A stretch of 64,000 nt of DNA. Source: Strigamia acuminata (Eukaryota). This document shows, piece after piece, positions 1 through 13,320 of the stretch; the first letter of the stretch is position 1, and each line of letters opens with the position of its first letter. A program made the translations under genes and the position numbers. The stretch covers positions 2,108,001-2,172,000 of the forward strand of contig OX442314.1 in NCBI GenBank assembly GCA_949358305.1. Reading direction: 5' to 3'. The notes under the pieces were generated by a model. That model made no database searches. It had not been told where the DNA came from and saw only the letters and a list, made by a program, of their open reading frames with translations.

Positions 1-398
1 TTTTAACGTGTAAAGTGTTATTTTGCAAACCATTATATTTCCAATGAGAAGTTAAGTTTTGTGAAAATAATTGTTAAATTTTATTAATCATTTGTTTGAT
101 ACAAGAGTTTGATGTTAGTTTAAGTTATTGCCTTTTCTTGATGCAGTTGTAAGTCCACCTGTAAAGAGAGATTGGAATTATTATTAATAATTGAGAGTTT
201 TATAACCCTAATAAATATTTTTTGAAGCATTTGATTAAGAAATACTCTTTATTTATACTATTAAGATATAAAATAAAGGTTTTTACTTACCAAGGATTAC
301 AGCTCCAGTTCCATAGATGACAGTGTGGTCTTGATCCTCAAGATATTCGGAATAAATAGTATGTTAATACAGGTATTAACATATATTTAAGGGGGACT

Positions 399-1986
399 TG
401 TGACGGTTACACTGTCATACACTTTGTTAGTATAGGACGATTACTTCACCAATAGATGGCGCTGATACGTTTTAGCGGTAATTTCAAATTTCGACAATTT
501 TTGAATGAATAAAATATAAATTACTATTTATATTTTATTCCACTGCGACTTTATACACTTTTAAATACTTTTGGATGTTTTAATACTAGTTGATTTATTT
601 GTCACATAATTCTATTGAATTATGTGCAAACTTTACACCTGGTGAAGTCACCCTTCATCACCCACTGTGAGTTGGACTCCTTTTGGATTATAGTCAAAGG
701 GACTTAATCCAAAATGTGTCCTGCGTATCCAGTTCCTGTTTGGACCTAGTAGAAGACTATGTCCTGAGTATCCACTTCCTATGACCTAGGATTGGATGGA
801 TTTGACTGCCCAGTGATCCCATTGGATCACTGAACAGCTATTCTCCTCACCGAGTATATATCCCCCTGCAAAACGGATATAGCTCGCTCTTGTTCTTGTT
901 TTGTTTGATACTGATATTACTTGAGCACATATTATACTTCTCTGCGTTCCGACAATCCGTTGTAGAAATACTTTGTATTTAGTGTAAGTATCTAGAGTGA
1001 GTAGAAGACTCACAGACACACTGCCCGCCTCTTCATGCCAACATTCCGTTGTAGAAATGTAGTAACTAGAGTGAGTAATTCACAGACACATTTAAGTGTA
1101 GTATCTAGAGTGGGGTACAACCCACAGACGCACTCCCTCCAGCTTCATGCCAACATTCCGTTGTAGAGTGCAGAATCTAGAGTGGAGTAAAATTCACAGA
1201 CGCATTGGTAATGTAGAATCTAGAGTGGAGTATTTATATTTCACAGACGCATTATCAGAGTGATCGACGCGGAGTAATTTCCCGGTTACTCTCCCGCCAG
1301 CCAGGACCGAGTGGAGTAATTTCCCGGCGATGGATAACCTTTCCTGCGAGATATTTCGATTCAATTCGTTATTGGTTTGACGGAACATTTAAGTCTAACT
1401 TAGATGTTGATTGCACTCGGGGCAAAAAATAGCTCGGCGCTATTTTAATATATTTTACTTATTTTCACAGTTTAAGTTAAGTTTGTGACTCTAAAATATC
1501 ATGATTAATTCCATAGAATTAATATGACTATTTATTCTCACATTGTTACATCTCGCGGTAATTATTGATTACAACAATTATCTGCGATGCGATGTGTGTG
1601 ACGATACAGAAAAGTCAACCGCACCTCTCGGATATAACCCACCCAGCCTAACCATTTACACGCCTTTTAGAACCAAACCCCGGACCATTTAGAAGCCAAA
1701 GCCATTCATAGATGACATCTTTTACGTCACAGCAATAAGACCGTTACAAATTCTTATTGCATGACTGAAGCCTTCAAATGATATTATTTCAGGGCTTTTG
1801 CCAAATAAATGTATAGTTTAACTTATCGTCATTTTAGCCACTTGTAGGCATAATAGTTATATAAGTTTCAACCGGAATAAATGTTATATGTTTTGAGAAA
1901 ACATCAGGTTTGCATATTTTACGCTTTCACACAGATAGTTCACACTTTAGTTTAGCAATTGCTATCTCCAGAAGGTAATCGTCACA
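399..1986 (+). mobile_element. 3' LTR of a sister Gypsy family (internal region lies left of the window)
   Basis: Preceded by PPT-like AAGGGGGACT. Starts TGTGACGGTTA and ends AATCGTCACA, the same termini as the main family LTR. Has TAGATGGCGCTG near the start and a similar length (1588 bp); the interior is not visibly alignable. Confidence 0.75.
950..1255. repeat. Degenerate tandem repeats inside the LTR
   Basis: About five copies of CTAGAGTG(G)AGTA...CACAGAC(A/G)CA and two of CTTCATGCCAACATTCCGTTGTAGA. Confidence 0.8.
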
Positions 1987-2150
1987 AGTTCTGTTGTAAT
2001 GAAAGACCTGTGGCTACCAGGGTCAATCATTCCTCCGATTGAATGAAATCCTCCCGATTTAGTCTTCAATTCCGCTGTGAAGATCATGAGCTGCAAGGTC
2101 GTGGAGATTGCGCACGAGACGTGAGTGCTAACTTGCGACTCCTTGGACTT
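1987..2150 (-). pseudogene. BEL/Pao-like aspartic protease relic, cut by the LTR
   Basis: Translation GGMIDPGSHRSFITTEL resembles the BEL/Pao protease motif LLDSGSQRSFIT and stops at the LTR boundary. Confidence 0.55.
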
Positions 2151-4489
2151 CTCAGTGGACTCGTGCAGTCTTAACTTCTGATTTCTTACAAATGCAATGT
2201 TCCATTGGCCGCCATTACTCATCTACAATACTCGCCGCGAGATGTCACCACACAATCGAAATCAGCATGTCGGAAATTAGAAATTTTCAAGTTTTTAATT
2301 GGACAGGGTAAAATTGTACAGTGATCCAAAAGATCTTTTTGGGTTTTTCGCGCATTAAACTCTTAGAGTCGCTTAATTACCAGCGACAGGAAGCGGGGTG
2401 TCGGGGTTCTGAAACAAACGCAGGGTACACCCAAAATGGAGTACCCAATTTAAATATACCAAGTACCACAAAATTTATTTATTTAAGAATAAAAAGTACC
2501 ACTTTTTTCATATTTGCTATTATTTGATTAGTTGCTTATCATCAGACGAAATAGTTTATTGGTTTTGTTTGATTTCATGTGCTGTCACAAATAGATTACC
2601 TTGTATGGTTCTCATTTTATCAACTTAAACCAAATTATATGTACTCACAAGTAAATCTATAACTCAGAAGGAATCAGTTAATATCCTAGAGTATCTAAGA
2701 TAAGGTAAACAGCAACTGTAATACATCAAAATATACATATTGTATTAAGATACTGTCTCAAACTTAACCCTAGAAATCAACAGGATTCGAACGAGAAGAT
2801 AGGCCTAGTTCGGATGGGAAGGAAGCGACGAAGTTGGTTCATGTACCGTGTATCGAAAGCAAGGTGCTAAATGGAACCGAGTCCGCTCTTCAGCAAGCAG
2901 TGGGACATCTGCCCAAGACGATAGGGACCACTCGATTTAAGAGGCTTAATCAAGAAAAGGCAAGACGGATTGAATTCATCGTTCGAATGATGCGAAAGAA
3001 AATCGAGTCAATAAATCGAACGTCTGATGGAGTGAGGGTTAAGATAACCCTAAAGTTCACTACTACGAGGACGATGGAGTCGGGTCATGTCTTTGAAGAC
3101 ACAACGCAATGTAAAATCGGCTACGACAAAACCAAACAATTTAAATTAATTTAATTTAATTGTTAATTAATTTTGCATTATACTTTGGCTTGTTCAATTA
3201 TGCGTGTACCGGTATGTAATCTTTATTTCTCAGCTGCAGTTAACAAAATAGTGAAGGTTGCAAAAACTTTCAATGACATTCTAAATCACACGTGTCATCC
3301 ACGAGCTTTTGGTACCACATCGAGGAAAAAAGCGAAATCTCAATGCTGAAATCCAAAATTAAACCAGACGGGCCTTAAAAAAGATACTTATTGCATTTTG
3401 CATTTAACAAAAGACGCAGACGGTTTGTATATAATTTTAAAAAATATAACATGTAATTTATATACATTTTTTTTAGAAGCAGTACAGAAAATCATGAAAA
3501 TAGTAGCAAATTTTGGGCACATTCTGTCGTAACAGTATGAAGCGAGTGTTCATACTCAAATATTTAGAGAATCTGGGAGGAAAGATCAAGGCTATTGACC
3601 AAAGACCAATTAAAAAAAATACTAATTGGCTACTGGAAGCTAAAGCCGATAAAAAACAATCAAAAAGACAGCAAAAGCAAACGATGCTGATTGCACTGTC
3701 ACAACTGAAGTTGCTAAAAAAATCACGCAGAAAACAACAGCAAGGGGCCATCAACACGCTCCTATCCGTAAAGGGCAAAATGCGTACGAATCACCTTTAT
3801 AATAATTTAATTTTATATCATTAAATTAAACTACAGTCAATTAATTCAGATCACCACCTAACGGAAGGTGAAATGTGTTTATAACCGCCACCGATATGCG
3901 CCTGCCTGTCGACCGCAAAAACAGTATGAATCACTTTATAATTTGATATCATTAAATTAAATTTAAGTCATTTAAATTAAACTAATACTTAAAAATTTTT
4001 TGTTTTTAGATTAAGGTTCACCTAATCACCATGTAGATAATTTTATCTAGCAATTGTCCTAGGCAGCAAACAAGATTCCCCATCACTTTTTCGAATTTTG
4101 TTTATTCGAATTTTCGATTATTTGGGTCATTTCTTCGACAGTCGTTACTTCGAAAACTGAAATTAAATTAAGAAAAAATTAAACTGAAATTAACGAGCCG
4201 ATGCCTTGTTTAGACACAAATCGATCGCATCAATTATTCAAAAGCGGCCTAATTTGCACCTTTCTCTCCGTGTTTGTCGGATCTGCGGCGCAGTTTCTGC
4301 AAATACATCTGTTTCTGCATCGAACCTTCGGAGAAAAACAAAGAAAAATCGATGAGGAAGTGTTTTGGGTTTATTAAGAGGTCGTCGACCTCGATTAATA
4401 CGCCATTTTTTGGGCGCCATTTTTTGTGCTGTATGCATAAAATACCGTAAAAAAATCGCAAAACTACGGAAAATGGTCAAATGCTCAAA

Positions 4490-4882
4490 TCATTCAGTCG
4501 TAAATTAATTTTTCGGCCGAATTTGGGCGTGAATTCGGTTGTAAACTCGTTTATCCGCCGAATTTGTGCCAGAATTCAGTCACATATTCGTTTTTCGGCC
4601 TTATTCGAGCGAAAATTCGGTTTTACATTCGTTTTTCGGCTGAATTTTGGCGGGGATTTGGTCGTAAATTCGTTTTTCAGCCGAATTTGCGCCAGAATTC
4701 AATTACAAATTCGTTTTTCTGCCGAATTTGTGCAGGTATTCAATCACAAATTCGTTTATCGGCCGAATTCGCTTGTAAATTCATTCTTCGGCCGAATTCG
4801 ACATGAATTTCGGATTTTAATTCCTTTTTCGGCTCAACTTCGACCTGAATTCAGTCATAAATTAGTTTATTAACCGAATTTT
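4490..4882. repeat. Degenerate tandem repeat
   Basis: Recurrent TTTTCGGCCGAATTT/AATTC units; this explains the repetitive ORFs at 4481 and 4564. Confidence 0.7.
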
Positions 4883-4952
4883 AAACGAGAAATTCAAATT
4901 TGACGGTTTTCCGCAGTTTTGCGACGTATACGTCTACTAAAAACCTATATAC

Positions 4953-5484
4953 TTTATCGTAGCCTCGAATTCCGCCGTGCAAATGGTTCGGAGAGCTGTT
5001 AATGGCGAGCAAATATCCCTTGTTGTTCAGCACGAAACGTCCGTGCGCGATTCGGTTACACACACGTCCGACCGTCGCGCCCACATAAAACGGTTGTTTA
5101 TAATATTCTAAACAAATAAATCAAAACAAAAAATTATCCATTCATCAATTTATCTCACCAATTCCTACCATCAATGCTGTCAAAACCGAGCACAACATCG
5201 GCCACGTCGTCGTTCGCATCGGGCACTTTGAGCGACGTGACGGTCGCGCCGTACGTGATGACCTGCGCGCTGCATTTCGACGAATTCGTCAAAGTGAAGC
5301 GTCGTACAGGCTCGCTGCAGACCCTTTTGTCCGAATAAAACCTCCCGACCCATTCCCATAAGTAAACCTAGAACGGACACAATAAAAATCTCCATCAGTG
5401 CAACCCAAACCCCACAAATACTCACTCGTCGTCGCGTAACGAAACGACGGGAGTCTGGAATCGTTTCGCGATAAAATTACCCAT
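4953..5484 (-). CDS. GALM: Aldose 1-epimerase (galactose mutarotase), 5' exons 5484-5426, 5314-5169, 5107-4953
   Basis: GT-AG joins keep frame and give VRRFTLTN...[15 protein letters not shown]...DVVLGFD...[18 protein letters not shown]...[12 protein letters not shown], the mutarotase signature. Downstream exons not found. Confidence 0.85.
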
Positions 5485-5735
5485 GCAAAACGTTAAACAT
5501 CAACAAAACCAGAAACCATAGCGACTGACCACAATGACGGCTGGTTTTGATGCTGCGCACGGTGAACTGTCTTCTTTCGTCACCAGATGGCTTTGACACC
5601 ACGAGCGTTCTTTCTTTCTTTCTTTTTTTTTTGGCGTAATAGATGGTCTTGGTTTTCCATTAGGTAGGCCTAAATTGAGTTATTGTATTGGCGACTGACT
5701 TTTTTGTATTTTTTTTTTCATACTGATATCACAGA

Positions 5736-6057
5736 ATGGCGACAAGCAAAAAGTTTGACTTTCGTTCGGCTATATGGAACGGGATACCGCCTGCAAGGTA
5801 AGTATTCCTGCTGATTTTTGGCCATTTTTTTAAAATTTAATTTGTTATCTATCAGAGATAAAGCAGAACGAATTGAATGGCAAAAATTCGAGCAGGCTGT
5901 GAAAGCGTCGTTAAAAAATTACGACCAGAAGATTAAGGCTGCAAAAGCCTTATGTGAAAGTGAAGTCCACGATTTGAACGTGAAGAAACTGAAGAAGATA
6001 CAGAGTAAAAATCGATCCTTTCGCGAAGATATGGGACTAAAACAATTTAAATTGTAA
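5736..6057 (+). CDS. Small two-exon basic protein of unknown function (5736-5797, 5856-6057; 87 aa)
   Basis: ATG, AAG|GTAAGT donor and ATCAG acceptor join in frame: MATSKKFDFRSAIWNGIPPARDKAERIEWQKFEQ... Confidence 0.45.
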
Positions 6058-8724
6058 ACCAAAAGTTTGTCATTGGAAACAAATCTCAATTTTATAAATT
6101 ACACATTGACGAAACCATCCAAATCTCTATCAACACCATCATCGTCACAACGCAGAACTTCTGTGGACTTTAAATGAAAATTTTTCTGGAAATTACAGAT
6201 ATTTTCGGCGATTTTCTATAATTTAGTAAGTTTACATCTTTGTAATTATTGATGATTAATCATTGATTAAAGTTTTGATTTGGTTTTTTTAAAAATATAT
6301 TTGGATAACAATTTATGGAATTTATTTGGCCCCCGAATCAGCCAATGGTTGCCATGTGTTGTTTACAACATTCTTAATAATGTTTGTTGTTGCTTTATTT
6401 TGGCCAAAAATTTTATTTTGTATTTAATTACTTTATTTTCTTTTATATTTGGTGTTTTATTTAGGGACAGAGAGACGGTTTAGAAGTCTAATAAGTAATG
6501 CTTCCCTGCATTACAAATGTTTACTTGTTTTAATTGAATTTAAGTGATTTTATTTGCGATTTGACCATAAAAAGCGACAACAGGACACAATTCACAACGG
6601 GAGAATGTCGTGAATTTTTGTTTAGTGAAATGCCAATAGTTGAAAATGTAGAAGTAGACACCAAAGCTGTTTTGGAAGTGTATCGATTTGTCAAAAAACA
6701 AGATGTGTTAAAACAGGATCCGTCCTTATTAGCGAATCTCATTTTAGCGAAAACAATTTTTTTAAACCCATTTTAGCGAACTCATTTTAGCGAAAATGAG
6801 TTTAAATCACCGCAACATTGGATTCAATTTAGCGAAGACTCGTTTTAGCGAATGCCTCGTTTTAGCGAAAATTCCGCCCAACTTCGTTTCTCGGTAATAA
6901 GTCAGGTCACGACAGATTAGACCTAGATGGACAGCGAACCTTACACTCTGGACTCAAACTTTCATTTTAATTTTAAATTTATGGCCTTCATCTAGTTTTA
7001 TTTTTTATAATCCAGGCCTTTCTTGCACTCAAGTTTTTAGGAATTAATAAATTTGATTCCAACAAATTTATCATACATAATAAAGCCTTCTTCGACCTAT
7101 TCGGGGAAGGAGAAAGCAATGTCAACAAAATCGCCAAATGGCGTCCAGTTCGTGATTGCGGAAATTTTTAATTGTGTGGAAGACAAAAACGAAGTTTTAC
7201 ACAGAGCTGAAGTTTTATCGAAAACTTCTTTGTCGCGAGGAACAGAATTAGCAGGTATTTTGTTGTTTGTATTCAGTAGGAGGTTTAACATCCCAATTTC
7301 ACTTCATGAGTGGGATGACTTTAAAATGGACGAAAAAGAATTTTCAAAATTGGAAGAAAAAAATCAAAGACTTTTTGACAACGTTAACAGTTGCAACACT
7401 TTCCAAAATCTACAAAGCAAGAACAAACCAAGAAGCGACAACGTCTTCTTCAAAAGGTAAGCAAATAGGTACATGTATAATTACTGCGTGTCGTTAAGGA
7501 AAGAAAATCATGAAATTTTCAAGCGAATTTGATCACATTTTAAACCATGATTTCATAACCGAAGCTATGTTGTTCAAATACGTGAAAAGTAAAAGAAATA
7601 TCAAGTTTGCAATGTCTGGAGAGGTCGGGCCACGGGAACAAATTTATACCGAGCCAAAGGGTATGAAAAAAAATTCCACGCCGTCACCTGCCACCGGGAT
7701 ATTCCCGGTATCCCACTTGGCCAGTCCAGCATTGGGATTTTGTATTAGAAAGGCAATAGTGGAACCACCAAATCTGGCAAACAAATTTAAATTTTTTTAA
7801 ATCAAAAGCTTATATTGGGCTTAGTAAGAGATAGAGAGGTAGGTATACTACTAGGTAGAGAATAGAGATAGAAGAAAATACCACGATTATCAGAAGAAAA
7901 TACCACAAAATAGAAGAAAGTTTGAAAACAAATTGCACAACTTTCGAACTTCTAATGTGTGTTAAATGTGATTCTAATATTTAGTGCGTCAATACAACAA
8001 ATTCAAACGAGAAAGAAATTCTATATTTGCAAGTTCAACTTATAAAAGGGGATTACACAAATCTGGTGTACTACAAGCAAGGTCCGCAAGGTTAGATAAT
8101 TAGAGGAGGAGGAAGAGCAAAATAGATAGGCAATTAGGAGAGAGAAGAGAATTCTTAATCGTGGAATATCATTCTTGTGACACGTAATCCAAGGTAACAT
8201 GGTATCATTCATTGGGTTCACATAAGATGAAGTTTAGGGACAGACTATTCGAGACGGCCGATTCTGAGAATAATGGCTTTATACACGTATTTGGTAGAGT
8301 TGTGTGTCTATGTGTCTGTGTCTTCACAATCGTAGTGGCAATATACAAGTATCGGTAGTGTAATAAATAGCAATCCTCTGAAAAAATGTATACTAAATAT
8401 ATAAATTTTTGTGTGATTTAGAACGCAGAAGTCACATGCTGTTGAGAGTTGCTCATCAAAGGCACGAATTTAATTCACAGTTGGAACACTTCAAAAAGCT
8501 ATCGTACCAGAATTTCTCGCACAAATAATTACAAGCACATTTTGAACAGCAATTTTTTAGAAAGACCAGGAAAGGTTTCTTCAAAGAAGTCACCTATGGA
8601 CATTGAAAAGCAAATGTTGCAATTGATGCTAATGTTGCTATCATTGAAGTTAACAAATGTAGATAAGTGAGAAGGAAGGACGGCAGAGCAAAAAAGGGCA
8701 TGCATTTTCTACATTTATTATTTT

Positions 8725-8889
8725 CGGATTAGTTCACTTTAGCGACGCCTGTTTAAGCCACACAGCTGTAAAGTGTTTAGATGCAGTTAGGTTAGTTCGT
8801 TAGTTTATGTTAGTATAAATTATACTTTATGTTGGTTAGTATAGGTTAGTATAGGTTAGTTCAGGTGTCACTAAAGTAAACTACATCCG
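8725..8889. mobile_element. MITE with internal TAGGT-type repeats
   Basis: Imperfect TIRs CGGATTAGTTCACTTTAGCGACGCCTG / CAGGTGTCACTAAAGTAAACTACATCCG; flanking 7-bp direct repeat TTATTTT. Confidence 0.7.
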
Positions 8890-11800
8890 TTATTTTTCCT
8901 TATACCCACATACCCACATACAAGAAGAAAAAAGGAAGAAACACCCGACCCACATACTAATAAAATTTACAATTCAAGTGTTTGACAGAACTGTACATTA
9001 ATTACAAAATAGTACGGAGTATTAATTTTGCCATTTTTTGAAATGTGCAGTCTAACTGCAACACGGAACACGGGTCCCAAGAGGAGATACAACTCGTGTC
9101 ACACGAATCCTCCCACGGGTGCCATTATTTCCAAAAAAAGTCAAGCAATAGTCATGCTAATAATGCTGCAAGCAATAAGTGATTTAATACACTCATCATC
9201 ATTTATATGTGATTATTTCTGTAGCAATTATTTGCAACAGATTGAAGAAAGTAAGCAAGAATCGTACGAGACAAATCGCGTGGACACGTAATCGTGACAC
9301 AACTGCACTGTATTATGCTATCTTGCATTATTGCTGGATTCACAAATCAAGAAATCATAAATACACCCACCTCAGGTTTCAACATGTTAGAATATATTTG
9401 TGGGAACCCACTATTACTATGTTTACATGCATGAAATATTTCGTCTCACTCGTGTGCACAACTGGCATGTAAACAGAATTATTCGGATTAATCGAGGATT
9501 ATTTGAGTAGTGAATAATCTCTCGAGTGAATTCGGCCATCGGTTCATAAGGCGAAAGACAGAAAAACTGGTCCTTAAGTTGACCCCTAGAGCTAATGTTA
9601 CAAGTAGTTCTTAGAAAAAAAGCTCTGAAGAGGTCCATTCTAGAATACCGGTATTACATAGTTCGAAGACACAGAATTTGAGGCTATTTGCGATATTTGT
9701 GGCAGAAATAAATGTACAAAACAAATGTAAGCTCACATTACAGATGCTCATGGCAAATGCGCACACTAAGGTAAGGTACTCTTAAATCAGCAGGATTGCA
9801 AATTAGAGAAAAGCAGATATGGCCTACCATACCAAGTCTATTATGACCAGAGCTCTCTTAGCTTGATCCAGGGGTGACCACGAGGAGGTAGAGACTTGAA
9901 TTTTACACCCCCATACTCAAATAACAATAGAATAGAACCAAAACTCGAAAAATTTCATCTTTCTCAGTTGCACAAACATAGATAATTAATCAAAACTAAT
10001 TTCATTAATTTTTTTTAGATAAAATTTCGTACGAAGAACAAAGCACCAACTGGAGAAATGTGGACAATTCGGACGATTTAAAAGACAGAGAAGCCAAACT
10101 AGATGAAAAACGAGTGTATATTTATGCCAAGCAAGCGGAGATAACCAAGCTTGATGACAAAATTAACGAAATCAAAGCTAAAAGAACTAAATTGGACAAA
10201 AAAACAGACGGGAACGAGTCTGACAAATCGATGCCAGGCGGAGAAGCGAAAACGTAGAATTTGAAGCAAAGAAATCCAACTTTGGAACGATAAATACGAA
10301 ATTAGATGCAAACCGGATGAAATCATGTGAATTTAGACAATATTTCCGTCGATTTGGAGTTGATTTTGTGATTTGCATTCTGTTCCATTAGGCCTACGAT
10401 TCAGCACTAATAATTTGCAGAATTTGCAAGAAACGAACGATCTTACGAGAAATAAACTTGAACTGTGGTCCTTACATGAATTCTAGGATGAATGGAATAC
10501 GATTAGTACGTATTTAGACCTGCGCAATTTAAAATCATCAAACTGGAAATAGAAAAACGATGAGAAAAGAACGAGTCAAGAACGAGGAGAACCAAAGTGA
10601 GCAATGGCCGACAACAATAAAACGAGACACGAGACCATACAAAATAAACCCCAACAATGTAAAAATTATAAATACTACTGTTAATAATAATTATTCCCAC
10701 CAGAGTGACTCTGCAACTCACGAGTCAGTGTCAGGAAATTTTAAATTTGGATAAATGAGAAATTAAAATTCCAAACTGGTGACTTTGACATCAACTTTTC
10801 AAACCAAACAATAAAAAATACTCCGTAAAAAATAAATAAAATTTAATAATACAAAATTAAAACTCGCCTCTCATTTGGCGAAATGTCACCTAACTGTGGC
10901 CGACTCATGCTCCCAAATCTCCAAATCCACCGTCGTGGTCAAGGTCTAGTCGGGCGGCACTATGAACGAAACAAGTTAAAAGCAATACTGTACGAGCACA
11001 TTTTTTATCACGGGTTCCGAATTTTCTTAGAATTTCTCCGTTGACCGGGAATTGTACAAACATCCTTCAATATTTTTCAATTTTTTTCGATTAAATCCCC
11101 TTAAAAATGCAGAAATAACGCTATTTTTTACGTGTAAACGTTAGAATAACACACGAGGATTTGAATTTGTTCGTTATTTTTGCCGAAAATAAAGAAAAAC
11201 GTTACACTTCTTCATAGATTTATGAATTTCAAAAACATTTTCAAACCTTTTCCACGGATGTTTGAGGGTTTTTAAAAGATTATTCGACCGCATTTTTCTA
11301 TAAAGTTTGTGCTATTTTATCGCCTGAACTCTGCGATAAACTGACCAATGTCGGCAGTGGCGGATTTCTATCAGCCCGTTATTTTTCAGGGCCCTCATTG
11401 AAAACAAGGAGTTGTGTTGGCAGCTAAACTACCTCAACTAACCACACAACTGCTTGTTGAACGCTATGTAGATTTATGAACGGGCTAAATATATTTTTAA
11501 GAATATTTTACCGTTAGAAGAGCTCCGATGTTCGTTCCGCTTATGCACTCGTAATACGAGTTCCGATCTGAAATCAAACGATTCTATTAATCCATAGCTA
11601 TCAAAGATAATGCTAGAATTTAGTCTAATTTGATCATATTCCTGGATTAATTTACTGAATGTTTCGGTCGAGCAGAGCGGGAACCATTACGCTTTCTCGT
11701 GATGCGGCGAGTGGCGACACGTCTCGGGTGCTGTGCATGGAAATAAAGCCTTGGTATAGATTTGGAGGATTTATTTTAGCTCAGTCTTACGATTTCTTAC

Positions 11801-12499
11801 CTTTTGGAGGTTTCACTTGGTCGCAGAGAGTACGGAGACCCTTGGAAAGCTCTAAAACGGGATGTAATCAATAATTATCGTGACGGCCATCTTGCGTGCC
11901 CGGGACTCTCGCCACCGCCTATTTAGAAATTATAGACTTATTTAACTTGCCGTTTGGATATTAATTAATCTTTACATTTATTTTACGGATATTAATTACT
12001 AAAGAGAATCTGAGGTAGTCAATCTTGAGGTGGTCAACACATGAGTGTGAGAAGAACGATCATGAAGATCGGGCTCGAAGGCGCTCTCTGATTGGTCGCT
12101 TCAAACGTAACTTGTATCTCGGTTGAATTTACCGAGAATTGATGTCGTTTTTAGTGTACTGTATATCTATTAAGTATTGTAATGCGTTTGTGTAAATAGT
12201 TTTATTTATCGTTGATTGTGACAAAATGTAATGTATTTGAATGCCGTTTGTTTTTAATTGTTCTTGTATAAGTTGACACCCGATCTTAAGATAAAGACCG
12301 ATGGTGGTTTTTGATTGGTCGAACCCAAAAAAAAGTTTAAGAAACCCTGCTCTATGAAACGAGCATTTTGAATTTAAGAATTATGAACAAAGTGAATTTT
12401 TTCATTTTTGTAAGCCCAGTTAAATGTTTTTCAATGTATCATTTTGATAACAGGAATAATCGCTCAAATAACACTTGGGTGGGTTGAAAGATGTCTCCT

Positions 12500-13135
12500 G
12501 AAAGTCTCACTTTGAACAGAAAAATGGGCACACAAATGGCAATAAGAAGGTTTTTCTCCAGCATGGAATTGAGTTGTAACAATGCATGAACACACAGTTT
12601 TTATTTTTATTTTTTACAAGTTGTGGGAAAAAATAATAAATTGGAAATGAAATGAGAAAAATATACAAAAGTGGCAGATTTTGTTTCGTGGATGAAACAA
12701 CTTAAAACAAGTTTCAGTTTCCTTAAATTTGAGTTGAACACAAAATGCAATTTCAAATACAGAACTTTCAACGCAGAAATAAATAAACAAATGCAGAAAC
12801 AGGATTCCATTCAACCTTATTTTTTTTACCAGGTTGAAAGGAATTCTGATAAAAAATATTTATAAAATAGTTACTTTAAAAATCAAATTCAAATGCATTA
12901 ATGCACCAATAAAAACAGAAATTAAACCGTTTTGAATTTAAGAATACAGGAATATGCACACAAATAGCACTTGAATTGTTTTCTCTCGTGTGGGTTAATA
13001 AATGTTTATTTAAATCCTCACTTCAAGTCGAAGAGAAGGCACACAAATGGCAATTAGACAGTTTTTGGCGGTTATAAATTTTTAAATCAATTTTCAAATT
13101 CCCATTTCGTTTGCAAGATAAGGCACAAGTTTTTC
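12500..13135 (-). pseudogene. Degenerate C2H2 zinc-finger remnants with a duplicated 3' flank
   Basis: Decayed GCACACAAATGGCA...TTTTCTC finger units; ~12640-12750 resembles ~13157-13275. Confidence 0.6.
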
Positions 13136-13320
13136 ATGTGTCGCTCACCAAAAACAATTGAAAATGAAATGAAAAAAATATACAAACGCAGCAAGTAACA
13201 GGTTTTGATTTGTGGATTAAACAAATTGAGGCAAAAATTTAAGTTAAAAACAAAAACAAAATGTCATTTGAAATAAAATTAGAATTACAGAATTATAAAC
13301 TTAATTGAACAATGTGATTT

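Noticed and set aside
6730..6870. Cluster of TTTTAGCGAA motifs
   Set aside because: Probably a small repeat relic; boundaries not definable.
10021..10330. Coiled-coil-like ORF fragments
   Set aside because: Short, frameshifted, no recognisable family.
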